From the NCBI GenBank assembly GCA_963702845.1, contig OY969763.1:1888001-1952000 (forward strand): a stretch of 64,000 nucleotides of DNA, read 5' to 3'. The translations under genes were made by a program, and so were the position numbers. Shown one piece after another: positions 1 to 9,779 of this stretch. Within the stretch, counting starts at the first letter, position 1; each line of letters opens with the position of its first letter. This DNA comes from an uncultured Verrucomicrobiae bacterium (GTDB lineage: Bacteria > Verrucomicrobiota > Verrucomicrobiia > Limisphaerales > Palsa-1400). Under the pieces are notes generated by a model, which was given only the letters and a program-made list of their open reading frames with translations, was not told where the DNA came from and ran no database searches.

Positions 1-378
1 AAAGAACGTCGAAGTTGCGTGCGCAAGATGATGGTTGAGAAATATCGCACGTTCACGGAAAGGGACAGCCTTGTGCAGAGAATTCCCAGCCACGATCGCA
101 ACATCTTCCAAAGTAATACCTGCGGCGTCTAAACAATACTGCATTGCAGGCGTGAGATTTTTTTCATTTTCTTGTGAATCCTTTGCTTCTAGATTCATTA
201 GCGAAAATTGCGCGGGATTGTATCGTGACTCACCGTAAAGATGCAAAGCGTGCTTCGCACGAGACAATCGTTCTTCTTCAATAGCCACAACGATATCAGC
301 GCCTTTGAACAGGCAAACAGACCGATCATGCAGCGAATCCGAAAATCCAATTATGAATTGCGAGGTGTGTTTGGACAT
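1..378 (-). CDS. Carbamoyltransferase, NodU/CmcH family (N-terminal part; runs off window edge)
   Basis: Manual translation from ATG at 378: MSKHTSQFIIGFSDSLHDRSVCLFKGADIVVAIEEERLSRAKH...YCLDAAGITLEDV...NHHLAHATSTFF. Contains the HD, EEERxxRxKH and HHLAHA signatures. Confidence 0.9.
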   Translation of the reverse strand, partial: MSKHTSQFIIGFSDSLHDRSVCLFKGADIVVAIEEERLSRAKHALHLYGESRYNPAQFSLMNLEAKDSQENEKNLTPAMQYCLDAAGITLEDVAIVAGNSLHKAVPFRERAIFLNHHLAHATSTFF

Positions 379-396
379 AAAAAATGGGTTTAGCTG

Positions 397-1398
397 TCAG
401 TCGCAGATAACGTTGGGTAAGATGGAATCCCATGCGTTTTTAGGAATCTCCCGGTTTATGACTTTGGAACGTTTTAGCCAGCGATCAGTTTTGTCGTAGC
501 GAGGATTATAGCCGCTTCTGGCGTGAACCGAGTTGCGATTATCGATTAGCAGAAGATCCCCTTTCTCGAGGGTCACTGATAAGGATCCCTCATTAAAATG
601 ATCTGTTAACGTCTTTAAAGCACCGGCAGCCTGAGTGTTATCACAGATGGTATACAAAGGATCGTATCTCAAGCTCGGTCGACTTGTTGTACCCGCGAAA
701 ATTGCCACTCGTGATGATGGAGAGGATCGAATCGAAAAAGATTCATCTGGGTCTATACGAAATAACGGCTCTTGAAGGGTCCTAATTACATCCTTATCAA
801 TTTGATTCGGTTCGAATCGGCTAACAAGTGTTTGGGCAGAATTATCGCCCTGTAAGCACAGCAGCGCAATAAAATCTGGATTATAATCAGTATGCGCGTC
901 TTCCGTATGCCATTTTAGTTCGACACTTCCGGTGCCTAATTGAAGCTGTGCATGTTCTTTGACAGGTCTGAAATCGTGAACTATCGCCCCTCCCAATTGC
1001 CCATGGTAGCCCACTGGCGTCCCACAAGTCGAAGCCAATGAAAGCAGAATCAATTCGGAAATGGACGAGTTTTCGCGCAAATCAAACACATTATCTACTG
1101 GTAAACCTTTGACCAAATACATTCCAGTGGGACTGGATTGATCCCGAAACGCCGTCAGGCTTTTAATTAAGTCGTCCGGAAGGTTTAAGTTGAAATTTGT
1201 TAGCTCTTCCGAAGTTCGGGCCTTTGAGGATATGTAAGAGTATCGAGGTTTGGCGGCCGATGTCTTCCCAATCAGCTCAGAAAGGAACGGAGGAATCATA
1301 TAGAAATCTGGTGATTCGTGAATCCGCAATTTTAGCGCCCTTTTACCAATCGCCACAAAGGGTATGGGCAACTCCGACTCCCGTCTTACCTTAATCAT
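397..1398 (-). CDS. Fe(II)/2-oxoglutarate dioxygenase, clavaminate synthase/VioC-like (TauD/TfdA)
   Basis: WHTEDAH (HxE), PDFIALLCL, GDLLLIDNRNSVHARS, DRWLKR. Start uncertain (1398 or 1299). Confidence 0.85.
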   Translation of the reverse strand: MIKVRRESELPIPFVAIGKRALKLRIHESPDFYMIPPFLSELIGKTSAAKPRYSYISSKARTSEELTNFNLNLPDDLIKSLTAFRDQSSPTGMYLVKGLPVDNVFDLRENSSISELILLSLASTCGTPVGYHGQLGGAIVHDFRPVKEHAQLQLGTGSVELKWHTEDAHTDYNPDFIALLCLQGDNSAQTLVSRFEPNQIDKDVIRTLQEPLFRIDPDESFSIRSSPSSRVAIFAGTTSRPSLRYDPLYTICDNTQAAGALKTLTDHFNEGSLSVTLEKGDLLLIDNRNSVHARSGYNPRYDKTDRWLKRSKVINREIPKNAWDSILPNVICD

Positions 1399-1598
1399 AG
1401 GCACCTCACTGGAGCGAAAAAAGAATACGCAAGTCGTTGAAAATTCAATGGGACGGGGGCACCCCAAATGCTGAAGAATTTGCAACTGGCATCCAACATG
1501 CGGCGAAGAGGTTCGAGGACTGAATTTAACACCTTCATGCTTGATATCTGTTATGTTCGGCCTCGTGGTTCGGGAGGCGGTGAGACGCCATTTCGACG

Positions 1599-1631
1599 AA
1601 GCCGACAATAATTTTCTGTGTCGGCTTTTTT
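1599..1631. promoter_or_regulatory. 9-bp inverted repeat plus T-run in divergent intergenic region (operator or terminator)
   Basis: AAGCCGACA-N11-TGTCGGCTT followed by TTTT. Confidence 0.4.
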
Positions 1632-1744
1632 ATCTCATATTTTGACCCTGAGTCAACTATTTCTTTCTTGTTGCGTAATTTCTTTCTTTAGGAAATTTCT
1701 TGCGTCCGCCTTCCATTTACTCGACGTTGCCCCGGTTTCATTTA

Positions 1745-2821
1745 ATGAACGTACGTCTTTCAACCCTTTTGGATCGTGAATTTAAGCGCCGTGCTACAGA
1801 AACCGGTTCTCAGTCCTCATTCAAAACTTTGGATGAACAGGCTTTCTTTCTTGGCGTTACAGCAAGTTGGTTAAGCCGGTTGCGCAATGGCCGGGCTCGA
1901 CTTTCTATTGAGCTTTCAAAACAATTTGCTGACCGCTTGCGCGGTGACAGAGAAGAAAGAAAAGATTTGTTGCATGAGCTACAAATTGCTGCCGAAATTC
2001 TTGAAGACAACAGTCCGTTGCGGTTCAAACGAGTCCATGAAGTGGAGGTCGATTCCGGTGGAGCATTACACAGCGTTCAATCATTTTTTGAATGGCTTTC
2101 GACAAAGAAAAGCGCGTTTGTGGCCTGTGAATATCGTGACCATCCGCGAACACATGCAGATGGCCGGTATAGTCCTGCTGCTGGAGATGCAGGTCGGGCA
2201 ATTTTCGAATCCGATATTACTTTTGCTTTTTTTCAGCCTTTTGGCCCTCCCGAACAGTATGAAAATTTAAATGAAAATTTTTACCATTGTCGGGAAGTGC
2301 GGAATTATTTGTTTCGTCTGACAAATTACGCAAGGAATGCCTTTCACAGAATCCTAGCTGCCGCGTTGGACGCTGCGACCGACGCGGGCGTCAAAAAGGA
2401 CGAAGACCTACTAAAAATATGTGAGCGTATAATTTTGTATGAACGAAACAGTAGGATTTACCCGACGAATTTTCTTTCCGGCCTTCAGTCCCGAATTTTC
2501 TTTTTAAAAATCCCAGAGCCCAAACTTGGTGAAGCTCCAAAACAAGTATTTGAGTGGGTTGCCTGTGCCGGTGGACGCGACTTTATTTTTGAACGTGACG
2601 CAACGTCCATGCCCCCCGAAGTTGTCGGCGATCAATTTTTCCCAATTGTTTCATTCTGGGAAAAGCATAATCGATTACCTAGTGCACCTGATGAATTGAA
2701 AAATGCTGTGAAAAATTCTCAGCAGGAATTTGGCGCGAAATTACCAGATGAATCATGGGAAATTTATCGTCAACCACAACCTGCTCTCGCTGAATGGAAG
2801 CAGAGTAAAATCAAACATTAA
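1745..2821 (+). CDS. XRE-type HTH protein with large unknown C-terminal domain
   Basis: EQAFFLGVTASWLSRLRNG helix-turn-helix pattern; TAATG overlap with next gene. Confidence 0.6.
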   Translation: MNVRLSTLLDREFKRRATETGSQSSFKTLDEQAFFLGVTASWLSRLRNGRARLSIELSKQFADRLRGDREERKDLLHELQIAAEILEDNSPLRFKRVHEVEVDSGGALHSVQSFFEWLSTKKSAFVACEYRDHPRTHADGRYSPAAGDAGRAIFESDITFAFFQPFGPPEQYENLNENFYHCREVRNYLFRLTNYARNAFHRILAAALDAATDAGVKKDEDLLKICERIILYERNSRIYPTNFLSGLQSRIFFLKIPEPKLGEAPKQVFEWVACAGGRDFIFERDATSMPPEVVGDQFFPIVSFWEKHNRLPSAPDELKNAVKNSQQEFGAKLPDESWEIYRQPQPALAEWKQSKIKH

Positions 2822-3906
2822 TGATTAACATTCCCGAAGAATTCAACCTGCCGGCGAGCCACGGTTTTACCATGGCTGGATGGAATTTCAGCTCGCAAGA
2901 AATTGCGTCCGCTATTAACGGCCAACGGATGCTCAATCCTGCTATGGAACTCGGAACAAACGAGTGCCCATGGAATTGCGATTTTTGTTTTACGGAAAGC
3001 TCGATAAATCCACAGGGGCGAAAACATCGGCTGACCAATGAACTTTCTCTGGAGAGACGTTTTCGGCTGATTGATGAGGCTGAAGCTCTAGGTACAAAAA
3101 GCATAAATTTTGCTGGTGCGGGAGAGCCAACCATTGAACCAAATTTCTGGATACTCTTGGAACGAATGCGAGAAAGAAGCATCACACCCATCATTTACAC
3201 GGAGGCTTCTCTAAAACTGCAAAACAAGGACTTTGTCTCACGCCTTTTTGATAGCGGCGCGACGGTCGTTGTGAAGATGAACTCTCTCTTCAATCCAGAA
3301 TACCAAGACAAGGTCTTGCGCGGGGTGCGCCCCAAGCCTGGAGTTCCAACACGCAGCTACAGTGAGGGCCGAAAAAAAGCTTTGGAATTGCTGTTGGAAG
3401 CTGGTTTTGCCAAATCTGTTCCCACTCGCCTAGCCTTCGACACAATTATCTGCCGTGAAAATGTTTCAGAAATAGAACAGATTCATCGCTACGCCCGCGC
3501 TCAAAATATTTTCGTAATCTTCGTTAATTATCTTCCATCAGGCCGAACATCTGACGGTCACACATCCGCGATTACTTGGGACGAGCAACATACTATTTTC
3601 AAGCGGTTGGCCGAAATTGACAGGAATGAATTCAAGATTGATCATGCGAGCCATTTTCCATATTCGGGTGGCGTTCCATGCACAATCCGCGGCTTGGGTT
3701 TATTCGTGAAAATCCAAGGACAAGTTTTTGATTGTCCCGGAGAAACCATCGCGCTTGGAAATCTTAAAGAGAAAAGTTTGAAGGAGATTTGGACGAAGGC
3801 TCGGGAGATTGCTCGTAATTTCAACGGAGAATGTTTACCTCGAAAATTATTTTGGCAACGAATGACGACGTCAAAATTACCGGAGGAAACTTTAGCCCGT
3901 GCCTGA
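2821..3906 (+). CDS. Radical SAM protein with SPASM/twitch-like C-terminus
   Basis: CPWNCDFC, GAGEP, C-terminal CTIRGLGLFVKIQGQVFDCPG...GNLKEKSLKEIW. Confidence 0.9.
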   Translation: MINIPEEFNLPASHGFTMAGWNFSSQEIASAINGQRMLNPAMELGTNECPWNCDFCFTESSINPQGRKHRLTNELSLERRFRLIDEAEALGTKSINFAGAGEPTIEPNFWILLERMRERSITPIIYTEASLKLQNKDFVSRLFDSGATVVVKMNSLFNPEYQDKVLRGVRPKPGVPTRSYSEGRKKALELLLEAGFAKSVPTRLAFDTIICRENVSEIEQIHRYARAQNIFVIFVNYLPSGRTSDGHTSAITWDEQHTIFKRLAEIDRNEFKIDHASHFPYSGGVPCTIRGLGLFVKIQGQVFDCPGETIALGNLKEKSLKEIWTKAREIARNFNGECLPRKLFWQRMTTSKLPEETLARA

Positions 3907-4230
3907 GGTTCATTTCATCTTGCACATTACCAACTAAAGCCCGAGCCCAGCGCCGAGGTCGTTGCGCAATTGACCGACACGCCTCCATTTGTCCGCCTCG
4001 GTTGCAGCGTATTCCACATGAAAATTGATTTCATCTGTTTGGCCCTTTACATCCCGCCCTTCCGCCGCAAATAACAACTGCCGAGTTATGATGCTTCAAA
4101 ATTGAAACGTGTTTGGCTATTTTGATTTGAAATTAGATATATGTTAGAATGGAAATTTCCACGAACCTAAGACTTAAGATTTACCGTTGAAGAGAGTGAA
4201 ACAACTACAGAGTATTTATAATTAAAAGCT

Positions 4231-6009
4231 ATGCCAATAATTGAAGGTCTGAGCGAAGCGCAGAATAATCCTCTCAAGCGGATAATCACATCCTCTGTCT
4301 GTGAGGTAATTCAATCTTGGGGGACTCCCATTCGCGCCGAAGATCTCTATCTTTTCATCGGAGAGCCTCCGTCCGAAGACCTAGGGGATTACACATTGTC
4401 TTGTTACCCGCTTGCCAAACAGCTGCGGAAATCCCCCGACATAATCGCGAAGCAGCTTGGTGAATGTTTATCCTCTTGTGCGAACTTTTCGTGCAAAGTG
4501 GTAGGACCCTATGTGAACTTTTCATTCCCAATTGGAGTTCTCGGTGAGCAGGTACTGACAAAGATATTAAATCGAACACTTGATCAACAATCAGTATTCG
4601 TAAACCCGCCGCGGGTTATGATTGAGTATTCACAGCCAAATACTCATAAGGAACTTCATGTGGGGCATATGCGGAATATGGCTCTTGGCTCGGCGCTAGT
4701 AAATTTATTTACAAACTGCGGAATCCCAACTCTTTCTTCAACATTTCCGGGTGATGTAGGGGCGCACGTAGCAAAGTGTCTTTGGTATTTGCAATATGTG
4801 AACAAGGAAGCCACCCCAGATGTTAAGCGCGGAGAGTGGTTAGGAAGCATATACTCAAAAGCAGTCAAAGCGTTGGAACTTATTGAGGAAGATTTGGAAA
4901 AGAAGCGTGCAGCAGATGAGCAAATCAGTGAGATACTTAGATGCATTGAGCAAAAACAAGGGGAAGCGTATGCGTTATGGCGAGAAACACGCAAATGGTC
5001 TATCGACCTGCTAGAGGAAATATACCATTGGGCAGGCGTCCGGTTTGATGTGTGGTATTGGGAATCTGAAGTTGATTCAGCCTCCGTTAGTTACGTCAAA
5101 CAGCTCCTGGCGGATGGCCAACTTATGCTATCCAACGGTGCCGTCGGCATGGACTTATCAGATGACGGACTGGGGTTCTGTTTGCTATTAAAATCAGATG
5201 GCAACGGTCTATATGCAACAAAGGATGTAGAACTTGCCCGCCGTAAGTTCGAGGACCACAAGATCGAACGGAGTATTTATATTGTTGATAGTGGGCAGTC
5301 TTTTCATTTGCAGCAGATATTCGCTGTTCTAAGACGCATCGGATTTCCGAATGCGGCGCAATGTGTTCATCTGAAATACGAGGTCGTGGAGTTGCCAGAG
5401 GGAAAGATGAGCTCCAGGCGCGGAAACATTGTACCAATTGCCGAACTGATAACACGAATGCAAGAAATTGTAATCAAGGATCACCTAGATAAGCATCGTG
5501 GCATTTGGTCTGATGTGGAGATCGAAGCGACGGCGAAACTGGTTGCGCGAGGAGCGATCAAATTCGGTATGTTGCGAGTAACGAATGAGCGGAAGATTGT
5601 GTTCGATATGGGTGAATGGCTTCGACTGGATGGTGATTCTGGTCCCTATTTGCAATATGCTTGCGTCAGATTAAACAGTCTTATTCGTAAAGCAAAAGAG
5701 GCCAATGGAAATTCCGATGCTGTATCGTGGCCTCTTTTGGACGTAGCCATAGAAAGAGAGATTGTAGTAATGATGAGCCGTTTTAATGATATCGTCGCCA
5801 CTGCATGTAAAGATTGTCAGCCTTCAATTATTTGCTCATACCTCATACGTCTCGCTCGTAAGTTCGCTAATTACTACGCTACTACTCAGATAATAATTCC
5901 CACTGATCCAGCGTTGACCCGAGCTAGAGTAGAACTTATGAGCGCTGTCAGATGTATTCTGGTAAGAGGCCTCGAACTACTTGGAATCGATGTCCCTGAA
6001 AGAATGTGA
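4231..6009 (+). CDS. argS: Arginine--tRNA ligase
   Basis: EYSQPNTHKELHVGHMRN (HIGH), KSDGNGLYATKD, GKMSSRRG (KMSKS), GDSGPYLQYA, C-terminal ELLGIDVPERM. Confidence 0.95.
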   Translation: MPIIEGLSEAQNNPLKRIITSSVCEVIQSWGTPIRAEDLYLFIGEPPSEDLGDYTLSCYPLAKQLRKSPDIIAKQLGECLSSCANFSCKVVGPYVNFSFPIGVLGEQVLTKILNRTLDQQSVFVNPPRVMIEYSQPNTHKELHVGHMRNMALGSALVNLFTNCGIPTLSSTFPGDVGAHVAKCLWYLQYVNKEATPDVKRGEWLGSIYSKAVKALELIEEDLEKKRAADEQISEILRCIEQKQGEAYALWRETRKWSIDLLEEIYHWAGVRFDVWYWESEVDSASVSYVKQLLADGQLMLSNGAVGMDLSDDGLGFCLLLKSDGNGLYATKDVELARRKFEDHKIERSIYIVDSGQSFHLQQIFAVLRRIGFPNAAQCVHLKYEVVELPEGKMSSRRGNIVPIAELITRMQEIVIKDHLDKHRGIWSDVEIEATAKLVARGAIKFGMLRVTNERKIVFDMGEWLRLDGDSGPYLQYACVRLNSLIRKAKEANGNSDAVSWPLLDVAIEREIVVMMSRFNDIVATACKDCQPSIICSYLIRLARKFANYYATTQIIIPTDPALTRARVELMSAVRCILVRGLELLGIDVPERM

Positions 6010-6615
6010 TGACGTTTATTGCTTGATAACTCTGGCGGACTACATTTACGTATGTTTAGTTTCTTAAACGTATTTGACACTGTCTTCGCCATCGGCCAAG
6101 GTGCGGCACATGACTGGCATTTGGCTGAATAGCAGTATTGTGCCTCCTATCGGAGCGACTTGTTTTGGAAATAGTCGCAGGCTGGCTGGTTAGGTTTTTT
6201 CATTTGGAGGTTCAATAAGTTTGGTCCCAAGGGATTTGGAGCCGTGTTTACCGTCCTATTCGGTGAGGCTGCTATCAAATTCATGGAGACTGAAAAGACA
6301 GTTCTGTGGTTCTATCCCATCGGGTTTGGCAAACCGTTCTGAGCAGCCCGCTTTCTCCCTGACCACTGGAGACCAGAGAAATTTTCCGAGTTTGTTTAGG
6401 TGTTTAGGCGGTGCAAGTGTTTTTAGCAAAACGCGATTAAATGACCTCGTCCCTCGGCGGCGCTTCGCAGGGAACACGACTTTAAATATTGATGACATCA
6501 GCTCGCGTCAGCCGTCCGTTCATCCCTGCCCTTTAACATCCGCTGCAGAAGGGCGAGATCCGACGGGGCTTTACTGGGCAAGAAAAAACCTCTCTCGGAA
6601 ACGAGAGAGGTGTGT

Positions 6616-7383
6616 TTAGAACTTCAGCGTGAACTCCTGCTGACCAAGCGATGCTTTGATCCGCTCCACTTCTGCTGGTTGAGGCGGCTGTCCTTGTTCC
6701 GTAGCTTCCGGTGCTCGATTTCTCAAAGCCAGAGGAAGCCATGGCGCAAGATAGTGGATGTTTGACCATGCGGACCAAAACTCCAGTGACAACGAGTTGC
6801 CGTGAATGACACGTGAAGGAATACCCCACAGAGTCGTATTAAGGAACGCCATATCACAGGCTGTGCGGCTGATGTCTATCGCTGTCACCCGCAACCTGCG
6901 CCGGACATCCGGCACACAAGCTCCGGCGAACGATAGTATCATCGCACCTGCGCCACAGGCCGGTTCGCAAACTGTGATCTCGCGGTCAGATGGTAGCGAA
7001 GTTGCATCACCAATCATCATGCGAGCCATGAGGTCGCAAACCGGCTTGGGCGTGTGGAACTCGCCGTTCCATTGCTGTCCTTTCTGCGACAGCGCGAATT
7101 CCATGTAGTAGCCGCCTAGGATGTCTTCGAACGGACAACATTCCATTTGAATGATAAGCGCGCCCAGAGCTTCCGCGAACAAATCCAATTCAGATTTCTC
7201 CCATTGTTTCGCTTCTTCAAGGTATTCGGCCTCGCGCGTCTGTGCGGCAAGCGTGCAGGCGGCGAGGCGGACGAACGCGTCGAATACCATGCGTGTATCA
7301 TGGCGATGAGAAATCTCCTGAAGGATTTTGCGGAAGTCGCGCGTGTGCGACTTCGGTTTCATCTCAGCTGTAGAAGTAGCCAA
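6616..7383 (-). CDS. N-6 DNA methylase family protein (plasmid/ICE type)
   Basis: GEFHTPKPVCDLMA, EPACGAGAMIL, AIDIS, IHGNSL; no obvious NPPY motif. Confidence 0.75.
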   Translation of the reverse strand: MATSTAEMKPKSHTRDFRKILQEISHRHDTRMVFDAFVRLAACTLAAQTREAEYLEEAKQWEKSELDLFAEALGALIIQMECCPFEDILGGYYMEFALSQKGQQWNGEFHTPKPVCDLMARMMIGDATSLPSDREITVCEPACGAGAMILSFAGACVPDVRRRLRVTAIDISRTACDMAFLNTTLWGIPSRVIHGNSLSLEFWSAWSNIHYLAPWLPLALRNRAPEATEQGQPPQPAEVERIKASLGQQEFTLKF

Positions 7384-7864
7384 GCTCGCGAAGCGAGATG
7401 TGTTTCGAACTACCGACGATCACGTGGTCAACCACATCGATTTTGAGCAGTTGTCCCGCCCGTATCAAATCCCTCGTGGTCTTTATGTCCGCTTCGGAAG
7501 GTGTTGGATCGCCAGATGGGTGATTGTGCATAAGCACAATCGCGCCAGCTGCAATCGCGATCGCCGCTCTGAACACTTCGCGCGGATGAACGAGAATCTG
7601 GTCCAGAATTCCGATGGAGATTAGGTGATGTCCTTTGATGCGTCGCCTTGTATTCAAGAGCAACACAACGAAGCATTCACAATCAGGGTTGAAGTATGAC
7701 GACGTCGCAATGTGCGCCTGCCAATACTCCACGGCTGATTTCGGCTCCTCGCATATCTGCTTCTCGTCCGGCGTGACGCATTCCCGCAATGTTATCACCT
7801 TGTATTCTTTGGGCTGCTGTATCTTTCGTTTTGGTGGTGGCTGCTGGTCCAATAATTGGTCCAC
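7364..7864 (-). CDS. radC: RadC-like JAB domain protein
   Basis: VHPREVFR, HNHPSGDPTPSEAD, DHVIVG. Confidence 0.9.
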   Translation of the reverse strand: MDQLLDQQPPPKRKIQQPKEYKVITLRECVTPDEKQICEEPKSAVEYWQAHIATSSYFNPDCECFVVLLLNTRRRIKGHHLISIGILDQILVHPREVFRAAIAIAAGAIVLMHNHPSGDPTPSEADIKTTRDLIRAGQLLKIDVVDHVIVGSSKHISLRELGYFYS

Positions 7865-7878
7865 AAGTCCTTTCTGAA

Positions 7879-7991
7879 GCCGTCCATCCCGCCGAAGCGG
7901 GATCGCTTCGGGGTTAGATATGCTCGCTGGAAGCAGGACGGCGGAAACAGCGAACGAAGATGAAGGCGGCCTTTCTCAGGGAGAAAGGCCG
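7879..7991. other. Structured intergenic element (nested and alternative hairpins)
   Basis: GCCGTCC(7879)/GGACGGC(7936) stem; ATCCCGC-CGAA-GCGGGAT; alternative CCGAAGCG-GGAT-CGCTTCGG; CGGCCTTTCTC-AGG-GAGAAAGGCCG. Confidence 0.55.
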
Positions 7992-7996
7992 TTTGA

Positions 7997-8284
7997 TTAG
8001 TAGTCTTCCGGCAACAACACCGTTGTTGCCGATCGATCTGCTTCGGTGATGAGCCAGAAGCGGATTCCCGCTGTGGATTGATACACCGACAGCAAACGAA
8101 GGCCCTGTCGAAGCGACTGTTCGTTTTCCTTGCGGTCGTAATCCGGAATGTCGCCCCAATCGCCGGCCTGGTGCCGGCGAATTCCCATGAGAATGTCATC
8201 GGAAGTCAGGTATCGCAGCGCATTCGGCGTCGCGACGATGCGGCCAAGTCGAAACATGGCGATGGGCAAGGCCTCGGCATTCAT
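7997..8284 (-). CDS. Small plasmid-associated conserved protein
   Basis: LGRIVATPNAL...RHQAGDWG...RLLSVY...ITEADRSATTVLLPEDY, a pattern typical of plasmid/ICE genes. Confidence 0.7.
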   Translation of the reverse strand: MNAEALPIAMFRLGRIVATPNALRYLTSDDILMGIRRHQAGDWGDIPDYDRKENEQSLRQGLRLLSVYQSTAGIRFWLITEADRSATTVLLPEDY

Positions 8285-8610
8285 AGTTTGTAATCCTCGA
8301 ATGCCACGGCCAAGCCGTCCTCGTCGTCGCCCAACAAATCCTCAAGAGCCGCTTTGGTGGCGACTCTCTCGGCGTTGGGCTTGGCGTCTTTGGGGCACGC
8401 CGGACAACGAATCACGTTGATGACGCCGCGCCCGAATTCCCAGCCTACCGCTTTGAACTCGTCGCGGTAACTCGGTGAGAGCTTATGATGCGTGGGCAAC
8501 TTGCACCATGCTTCGGCTTCGTCTGGACTCAAGCCGGTGTCGAAGATGGCATCGTGCCAGAGATGATGTACATCCCATGGCTCGCTGCACGTTGAGCAAT
8601 GAACGTCCAT
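8281..8610 (-). CDS. Hypothetical Zn-binding protein
   Basis: CxxC twice (CSTC, CPAC); ATGA coupling to the next gene. Confidence 0.6.
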   Translation of the reverse strand: MDVHCSTCSEPWDVHHLWHDAIFDTGLSPDEAEAWCKLPTHHKLSPSYRDEFKAVGWEFGRGVINVIRCPACPKDAKPNAERVATKAALEDLLGDDEDGLAVAFEDYKL

Positions 8611-8622
8611 GTATTCCTCCGT

Positions 8623-9657
8623 TCATGCGATCAACGCTTTCACTTCCTCATCGGTGAGATCCTCGGCCTGATAGTTCTCCTGCGCAAAGACGTGCGTCTT
8701 CACAAAAGCGAACTTGGACAAACGCACGGCAACATCTTCACGCCCCGTCCGTCCCGATTCGTCTTCGTCAAAGACGATGACGATGCGGCTATTTCGATCC
8801 GTGTGCTCTCGAATGAACTTCTCCTGCACGTCAGACATGCTGCTACCCATGAGCGCGATCACTTTTTTGTATCCGTCCTGGTGCATGAGCATGCAGCCAA
8901 AGAAGCCTTCAACGATCACAAGCGCCTGGTCCTTTGGTTCTCTGAAGGCGCGCTCGACGTTGAATATTTCGAGCGACTTCCTGAACCCTGGCGGGAGTTT
9001 GTATTTCTCGGTGTCTTTGTCGGGTTCTCCGGCAAAGCGACCTGCATACGCGACAACCGCACCATCAGCATTGCAGATGGGAATCGCAATGCGTCCGGTC
9101 ATCATGCCTTTGGCGCAATATCCGATGCCGAAGTCCTGGATGGTCTCCGGCAACAGGCCGCGCTCGACAAGATACGGATGTGCATGGTCGAGCTTGTCCA
9201 AACGGAATTTGAGTGGCTTGTTCGGTCCGCCCGTGTCTTCCGGCTTGGCCGCTGGTTTGCTTGCCGGCTTCGGCTTCTCATTGGCAGGCTTGTCATGCTT
9301 CTCGTCAGATGGTTCCGGCTGGTCCTCACTTTCTTTGCATCCGGTCACGGCTTCGGGATCGAGACTGAACCATTCGATGGCTTTGACGGCCGCCGCGTGA
9401 ATCGTTACCCGCTCCATTTCGGCAATGAAATCAAGGACGTTGCCGCCATGTTTGCACTCCGAAAAGCAATTCCAGATGTTCTTGCTGATACTCACCCGGA
9501 ATTGCGTCGGGTTGCTGCCTTTGTGAATCGGACACGGACCACTTAGACTGTCTCCGCTTCGTTTGAATTGGTTCAAGAGGCCGTATCGGTCGAGAACCTG
9601 TTCCATTTTCAAAGCCTCTCTGACGGCTTTGAAATCTACATACGGTGATTTGGGCAT
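8623..9657 (-). CDS. DNA primase-like protein (CHC2 zinc finger + Toprim)
   Basis: CPIH...WNCFSEC...GGNVLD; IVEGFFG, ALMGS, FDEDESG; RBS AGGAG before ATG 9657. Confidence 0.85.
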   Translation of the reverse strand: MPKSPYVDFKAVREALKMEQVLDRYGLLNQFKRSGDSLSGPCPIHKGSNPTQFRVSISKNIWNCFSECKHGGNVLDFIAEMERVTIHAAAVKAIEWFSLDPEAVTGCKESEDQPEPSDEKHDKPANEKPKPASKPAAKPEDTGGPNKPLKFRLDKLDHAHPYLVERGLLPETIQDFGIGYCAKGMMTGRIAIPICNADGAVVAYAGRFAGEPDKDTEKYKLPPGFRKSLEIFNVERAFREPKDQALVIVEGFFGCMLMHQDGYKKVIALMGSSMSDVQEKFIREHTDRNSRIVIVFDEDESGRTGREDVAVRLSKFAFVKTHVFAQENYQAEDLTDEEVKALIA

Positions 9658-9779
9658 ATAACTACTCCTGTGGTTTGATTGTGAAGAACGGGACAGTTCG
9701 GGAGTGAACTGTCTCTGCACTACATCGTACGGAGCATTTAAAATCTGCCCAGACACTGGCATATGCCGTTTCCGGCAAG

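Noticed and set aside
3907..4230. T-box or riboswitch upstream of argS
   Set aside because: No T-box consensus or terminator recognised.
8599..9546. Long + strand ORFs (315 and 228 aa)
   Set aside because: Antisense shadows of the primase gene with no motifs.
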